Assembly: GCA_951813545.1 (NCBI GenBank)
Contig: OX638352.1
Location: forward strand, 4,736,835-4,800,834
Direction of reading: 5' to 3'
Length of the DNA: 64,000 nt
DNA from: an uncultured Poribacteria bacterium
GTDB taxonomy: Bacteria > Poribacteria > WGA-4E > WGA-3G
Shown here: positions 59,005 to 64,000 of the stretch, one piece after another
Numbering within the stretch: the first letter of the stretch is position 1
Layout: every line of letters begins with the position of its first letter
Notes under the pieces: model-generated
What the model was told of the DNA's origin: nothing
Seen by the model: only the letters and a program-made list of their open reading frames with translations
The model's database searches: none
Translations under genes and position numbers: made by a program

Positions 59005-59911
59005 TCATCACCTCAGCGAAAATGTCTTCCAGCGAATATTTCACCTCGCGTAATTGACGGAGTTGGACACGGGTATCATAAGCGAGTTTGAAGAAGAAAT
59101 TTGTATCTGTCTGCGACAGACTTCCGGACGTAACTCGGAGGCGTTTATCTGGACGTAGTTCAACCTGATAGTTGTGGCGTTCTAAAGCTGCAATGTAAGA
59201 TTCGCTGTCACCCACAATCTTTAGGTCGAAGGATTGTCCTTTGTTGTCTTTGAGTGCTTCTATCTGCCCGTGAATGGCAACGCTGCCGTGTGAAAGGGCA
59301 ACGATCTCTTGACATGCGAACTCCACATCGGGAAGTAGATGCGAGGACAAAATTACATTGATGCCTTTATCCGTTGCAATGTCTTTGACGAGTTCCAGCA
59401 TCTCCTCCCTGCCACTCGTATCCATCCCATTCGTTGGTTCGTCAAGGAGTAGCAACTTTGGATCGTGCGCCAGTGCTTGTGCTAACTTCACGCGCTGTTT
59501 CATACCGACTGAGTAGCCGTCTATGTTCCGATAACGCTCTTCATCCAAACCGACGTAATAAAGCACCTCATGTGCGCGTTGTAGGGCATCGCGTTTCGGC
59601 ATTCCACAGAGTTCCCCCGCATAAGAGACAAGCTGAACAGCATTCATACCCTGAATTAAACATTCATCTTCCGGCATGTACCCGATCTGTTTCCGAATCT
59701 CCAATGGATCTGTTTGCACATCCAGCCCGAACACGGCGGCTGTGCCTTGATTCGGTTGGACGAAGCCGAGCAGTGTTTTTAGCAAGGTGCTTTTTCCTGC
59801 CCCATTAGGCCCGAGTAAACCGACAGCACCGCCTTGTACCTCCAATGAGAGGTTATCCAGTGCAGTCGTTGTACCGAAAAAGAGTGAGACGTTTTTTATT
59901 TCAATAAGCAT
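58988..59911 (-). CDS. ABC-2 type transporter ATP-binding protein
   Basis: GPNGAGKST, YSVGMKQR, LDEPTNG, SSH. Confidence 0.93.
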   Translation of the reverse strand: MLIEIKNVSLFFGTTTALDNLSLEVQGGAVGLLGPNGAGKSTLLKTLLGFVQPNQGTAAVFGLDVQTDPLEIRKQIGYMPEDECLIQGMNAVQLVSYAGELCGMPKRDALQRAHEVLYYVGLDEERYRNIDGYSVGMKQRVKLAQALAHDPKLLLLDEPTNGMDTSGREEMLELVKDIATDKGINVILSSHLLPDVEFACQEIVALSHGSVAIHGQIEALKDNKGQSFDLKIVGDSESYIAALERHNYQVELRPDKRLRVTSGSLSQTDTNFFFKLAYDTRVQLRQLREVKYSLEDIFAEVMSVDSQ

Positions 59912-59917
59912 TTTAAT

Positions 59918-60010
59918 TATGGTAGATTTTAGAATTACTTGTACACTTTGTATCGGCGAGGTTACAAATCTCGCTTACCGAGGGTGAAAGTGTCTCTCAC
60001 TTTACCGCGA
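59918..60010. repeat. Degenerate MITE/REPIN-like element
   Basis: TATGGTAGATTTTAGAATTA end and a central GGCGAGGTTACAAATCTCGC hairpin similar to 9356 and 44382. Confidence 0.55.
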
Positions 60011-60047
60011 AAGCCGTTTTCGGACATCGGACGAAAACGAATGAGGA

Positions 60048-61121
60048 TTAACAATTAAAAATTCGTTTTACGCGTGTACCTATCTGTGTTAAGATTTCAT
60101 ACGAGATTGTTCCAGCACGGTGCGCAACTTCATCGACAGTGATTTCTGCGTCCCCTTGTTTTCCTATCAGTACCACTTCATCACCGACGGATACATTATC
60201 TGAGGGGTCAAGTCGCACTACGCTTACATCCATGCAAACCCTTCCGGTAATTGGGCGGCGTGCTCCACCAATCAATACTTCGCCACTGTTGGAAAGCGCG
60301 CACGGATAGCCATCGCCGTAGCCTATCTGAACCATCGCTACGCGGGTTTGATGCCGTGCCTTATAAGTCAATCCGTAACTTACGCCTTCCGCTTCTGAGA
60401 TAGAACCTATCCAACCGACGTGTGTCTTCCATGTAAGTGCCGGTTTTAATAGGATAGGTTTTTCAGTCGCAGGGTAAACCCCGTATAGGCTCAAACCGGG
60501 ACGGACGCCATCGAAATAGGACTCAGGGACTGAAAGTGCCGCGGCACTGTTTGCCGCGTGAACCATCTTTCCATCAACATTCGCAAGGATAGACGCAAAC
60601 CGCTTTAATTGAACAGAAACAAAACTTTTATCTGCCTCATCCGCAGTAGCGAGATGTGTAAACAGTCCCTCAACCTCAAGCCGATGCAGCGTTTTCAGTT
60701 TGCTGAAAAACGTCATCGCTTCTGTATAGTACACACCGCTCCGGTTCATACCGGTGTTGATGTTGACATGCACCTTTGTAGAAGCAACCTCGTTCAATGC
60801 CTTTGAAAACTCCCAATCACCTATCGTTGGTGTCAATCCATATTCAAGTATTGGTGCTGCCTGCGTAGGTAAAGAACTAAACAGAACCAGAATCGGTTTG
60901 TGAATATCCGCTTGACGTAGTGCAATCCCTTCCTCAACCGTTGCAACTGCAAACATATCAGCGGTTGCGTCCAATACCTCTGCAACACGGACTGCACCGT
61001 GCCCGTAGGCATCCGCTTTTATAACTGCTATTAGTTTTTTGCCGGTATGCTTCTTGATGGCTTCAGCATTTTGTTGGATTGCCTGTAGATCGATTTCTGT
61101 GTATGTTCGGAGGTAATGCAT
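60048..61121 (-). CDS. alr: Alanine racemase (start MHYLRT at 61121)
   Basis: AVIKADAYGHG, GMNRSG, HAANSAA, VSYG, GYGDG, GRVCMD. Confidence 0.96.
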   Translation of the reverse strand: MHYLRTYTEIDLQAIQQNAEAIKKHTGKKLIAVIKADAYGHGAVRVAEVLDATADMFAVATVEEGIALRQADIHKPILVLFSSLPTQAAPILEYGLTPTIGDWEFSKALNEVASTKVHVNINTGMNRSGVYYTEAMTFFSKLKTLHRLEVEGLFTHLATADEADKSFVSVQLKRFASILANVDGKMVHAANSAAALSVPESYFDGVRPGLSLYGVYPATEKPILLKPALTWKTHVGWIGSISEAEGVSYGLTYKARHQTRVAMVQIGYGDGYPCALSNSGEVLIGGARRPITGRVCMDVSVVRLDPSDNVSVGDEVVLIGKQGDAEITVDEVAHRAGTISYEILTQIGTRVKRIFNC

Positions 61122-61202
61122 GTCGTCTTTTAACCTTGTGGTGTCAACAGAAAAATTATACCACAACCAACACAAATTTGCGAGGATTTTCACGTAGAAA
61201 CG

Positions 61203-61991
61203 CTATTGCGCATTCTGCTTTTTGGAGGTTGTGGCACCACCTTGAAACCACAAGAACAGCAGAATAAACACGATTGAATTCGCCAATAGCATTGTTGAGA
61301 TGGCGTTGATTTTTGGCGTGATACCGAATTTCAGTAGCGAATAGATGTGCACAGACAGGGTCGTATAACCGACACCAGCGGTGAAGAATGTGATGACAAA
61401 GTCGTCTATGGAAAGCGTGAAGGCAAGCAGCGCTCCTCCGATAATTCCCGAAGCAATGAGCGGAAGTGTTATCCGCCAAAACGTCTGCCATTCATTCGCC
61501 CCAAGGTCGCGAGCTGCCTCCTCTAACGTATTATCATAGCCTTGTAGGCGCGCCCGCACGACAATGGTGACGTACGCGATATTAAAAACGCCGTGTGCAA
61601 TAATCACAGTGATTAAGCCTAAGGGAATACGGACTTGCACATAGAAAGTCAATAGCGCAATTGCCAATACGATGTCTGGAATGATAATCGGGAGGTAAAG
61701 GTACCGCACGAGGGCAGTTCGGAAACGGAACCGGTATCGCTCTATAGCGAGCGCAGCTGCTGTTCCGATAACGGTAGCGATGACGGTGGCAACGCCTGCT
61801 ACCATAAGGCTGTTTCTACAGGCGCGCCATAGTGCTTCATCTTCAAACAGTTTCGCATACCAACCGAATGTGAATCCTTCCCAAACGGAGATTTGCTCGC
61901 CGCTGTTGAATGAGAATATCACAACGGCTAAGATCGGAACGTAGAGGAAAAGAAAAACTAATCCTATGTTAACTTCAAGAATCCGTTTCAT
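61203..61991 (-). CDS. potC: Spermidine/putrescine ABC permease
   Basis: FSFN, LEEAARDLGA, FTLSIDDF. Confidence 0.9.
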   Translation of the reverse strand: MKRILEVNIGLVFLFLYVPILAVVIFSFNSGEQISVWEGFTFGWYAKLFEDEALWRACRNSLMVAGVATVIATVIGTAAALAIERYRFRFRTALVRYLYLPIIIPDIVLAIALLTFYVQVRIPLGLITVIIAHGVFNIAYVTIVVRARLQGYDNTLEEAARDLGANEWQTFWRITLPLIASGIIGGALLAFTLSIDDFVITFFTAGVGYTTLSVHIYSLLKFGITPKINAISTMLLANSIVFILLFLWFQGGATTSKKQNAQ

Positions 61992-61993
61992 TT

Positions 61994-62129
61994 TTTAATT
62001 TTGCCCTAACGGGAGCTGTCAGGTTGCCTTAGGTAGTAGGCAATGCATTCAAGAATCCGCTTTCGCCTTCGGCTACAGGCCTTGGCTGAGTTTTTGTTTG
62101 CCCTAACTGGAGTTGTCAGGTTGCCTTAG
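61994..62129. repeat. 33-bp direct repeat pair (62000-62032, 62097-62129) between potB and potC
   Basis: TTTGCCCTAAC(G/T)GGAG(C/T)TGTCAGGTTGCCTTAG twice at 97-bp period. Confidence 0.85.
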
Positions 62130-62964
62130 ACTCATCCTGTTGTAAGGCACGGAAGTACAGTACGGTACTGACCAGAACTATCCCCATGAGCATGAATGAG
62201 AGTGAAGAGCCGAAGGGCCAATCTCGCGCTGTTTTGAATTGCCGTTCAATAACATTACCGATATAGCTCACTTTTCCACCGCCGAGGAGGTCCGGCGTTA
62301 GGAACGCACCCACCGTCGGGATAAAAACTAACATGGATCCAGCGAGGATACCGGGGAGGCTGAGCGGCACGGTTACGTGCCAAAATGCACGTCGGGGTGA
62401 TGCGCCTAAATCTTGAGCGGCTTCAAGCAAGGACATATCTAATTGTTCCAACGCTGCATACAGTGGGAGTATCATAAAAGGTAGGTATCCGTAAACGAGT
62501 CCTATTTGCACGGCGAACGGCGTGTTTAGCAGTTCTAATGGACTCCAGTTAGGGAATACGGATCCCAAGAGACTGTTTAGGAGTCCTTCTGTGCGTAAAA
62601 TCAGTATCCATGCATAGGTTCGGATAAGGAAGTTCGTCCAGAATGGGACGACGACGAGTAGTAGTAAAATGCTTCGGTGTTTTGGTTTATAGCGTGCCAG
62701 ATAGTAGGCGAACGGATAACCAAGTAATAGGCAGATCGCGGTGCAAACTAACGCCGTTGACGCTGATCGCCAGAGGATACCGAGATATAGTCCATCAAAC
62801 AGGCGTTGGTAGTTTTCGAGTGTGAAGTTCCATTGGACTCCGCCATAAGTTCCGCGTTCCAGAAAGCTATAAATGAAGACGGATACAAGCGGGAGCAGGA
62901 AGAAACAAACAAGCCAGAATACAACGGGAAAGAGGAGTATCAAGAGGTGGTAATTACGACGCAT
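62116..62964 (-). CDS. potB: Spermidine/putrescine ABC permease (start MRRNYH at 62964)
   Basis: PFWTNFLIRTYAW, YLPFMILPLY, LLEAAQDLGA, DWPFGS. Confidence 0.92.
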   Translation of the reverse strand: MRRNYHLLILLFPVVFWLVCFFLLPLVSVFIYSFLERGTYGGVQWNFTLENYQRLFDGLYLGILWRSASTALVCTAICLLLGYPFAYYLARYKPKHRSILLLLVVVPFWTNFLIRTYAWILILRTEGLLNSLLGSVFPNWSPLELLNTPFAVQIGLVYGYLPFMILPLYAALEQLDMSLLEAAQDLGASPRRAFWHVTVPLSLPGILAGSMLVFIPTVGAFLTPDLLGGGKVSYIGNVIERQFKTARDWPFGSSLSFMLMGIVLVSTVLYFRALQQDESKAT

Positions 62965-62980
62965 ATTTGTTTTGGAAACG

Positions 62981-63496
62981 CTAGCTACTGTTATCACAGA
63001 TAGAATCAACGTGGACTCCATGATTTGCAAGTGCGGTATTAAATTCCTTCCAACCACTATCGTCTGCTATTAGAATCGGTGCCTCTTGTTCAGAATCGCT
63101 CTGATAGGCAAGGACAACCGCAACAAACTTTCTATCCTTCTTGTGAAAGTTTTTTAATGATGCATCATCGTTAGGAAACTCTTCAAAATCGGTACCATTT
63201 CCAGCCAACGGGGTAATATGTACCATAATAACCTTTTCTTGTTCTCCTTTCCGCCACATTCTTCTCACCAACTCTTGCCAGAACCGATCTCCAAACCCAC
63301 GTCCCTTTTCGTTTAAGTTATTCCTGTACTCTTGAATTATTCGCTTCTTATCATCAAGTAGCACTTTCTCAGAACCTCTGAGAATCTGAGCAAGTCGTGC
63401 TTGACATCGAATGACACATTCTTCGGTTGTCTGTGGAGCCGCTTCCGTCCCATTTGCGATAACCAACACGTTCGTATCAATTATGACTGCGTCCAT
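62981..63496 (-). CDS. PIN-like domain protein
   Basis: IIDTNVL, IIQEY, KDRKFVAV, ADDSGW acidic motifs; TGATG coupling to the upstream ATPase. Confidence 0.72.
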   Translation of the reverse strand: MDAVIIDTNVLVIANGTEAAPQTTEECVIRCQARLAQILRGSEKVLLDDKKRIIQEYRNNLNEKGRGFGDRFWQELVRRMWRKGEQEKVIMVHITPLAGNGTDFEEFPNDDASLKNFHKKDRKFVAVVLAYQSDSEQEAPILIADDSGWKEFNTALANHGVHVDSICDNSS

Positions 63497-64000
63497 CAAT
63501 CCTCCGGATTCTGCTCTTTCATCCGTTTAGCTTGTGCATCAGTCATGGCAAATAAGTCCCCCATCACTTCACCAAAGAAATTTTCCGGCCAGTTTTTAAT
63601 GTTACCGAGTTCATCAATTTCCAGGGTCGTAATACTAGAAACTCCATTCTCATTTTCGCAGAAATAGAGTGCTGTGTCATTCGCACAAATCTTTTCTTCC
63701 GCAATCCGCAGTTGTAAGCGGGTCAATAGATGTTCGCTGTGGCTCTCTACCAGAATCTGAAGTTTACGTTCGGTGACAACCTCTATCAGCAGGTCTGCGA
63801 GTTGGGATTGAACCTTCGGATGGAGATGGATACCGGGTTGTTCCAGAATCAGGGTTGAACCCGCTGGAGCATAGTAGCAAAGCACTAAGACCGGCAAAAA
63901 TTGCGATAATCCGTATCCCATATCCGCTAATGTTACTTTTGTCCCACTTCCATTCTTTTGGATGCGAACGTCGTAATTTTTTTCACTCCGCGAGCCAGTT
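63496..64000 (-). CDS. AAA_21/ABC-type ATPase with DUF3696-like C-terminus (5' part outside the window)
   Basis: DMGYGLSQFLPV, EQPGIHLHP, ESHSEH, WPENFF; frame open to the window edge. Confidence 0.85.
   Translation of the reverse strand, partial: TGSRSEKNYDVRIQKNGSGTKVTLADMGYGLSQFLPVLVLCYYAPAGSTLILEQPGIHLHPKVQSQLADLLIEVVTERKLQILVESHSEHLLTRLQLRIAEEKICANDTALYFCENENGVSSITTLEIDELGNIKNWPENFFGEVMGDLFAMTDAQAKRMKEQNPED

Overview
Bacterial chromosomal window with about 55 protein genes. I found no rRNA, tRNA, CRISPR array or transposase. Gene content, secreted proteins ending in a V[DE]PxxKxxxxWGx[LI]K tail and dense intergenic palindromic repeats suggest Candidatus Poribacteria (inference). Housekeeping content: purC, dusB, dapF-dapA, alr, potBC, disA, a KamA-like radical SAM enzyme, a cyclophilin, an M16C peptidase and several oxidoreductases. 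Defence/TA content: a complete type I R-M operon with an M48 partner, an SBD-HNH nuclease, a HEPN-like/antitoxin fusion with VapC, an HNH-TPR protein, a deleted HicB-like/ParE-like TA module and an AAA-PIN pair. Main findings: (1) two ORFs at 45287-45859 are one gene read through an in-frame TGA in a C-H-Y-U motif followed by a bacterial SECIS-like hairpin. This is a selenocysteine AhpD-like enzyme, in an operon with an unusual four-repeat HxH/CC protein and an SDR. (2) A 31-37 kb cluster has three homologous secreted proteins with a shared C-terminal tail, flanking two non-catalytic FGE-fold lipoproteins and a MauG-like di-heme protein that has Asn at the usual axial Tyr. (3) A 5x120-bp array, a 9x31-bp REP array and several MITE/REPIN-like families often supply the stop codon, start codon or RBS of neighbouring genes. 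All calls were made by eye and no database searches were run.
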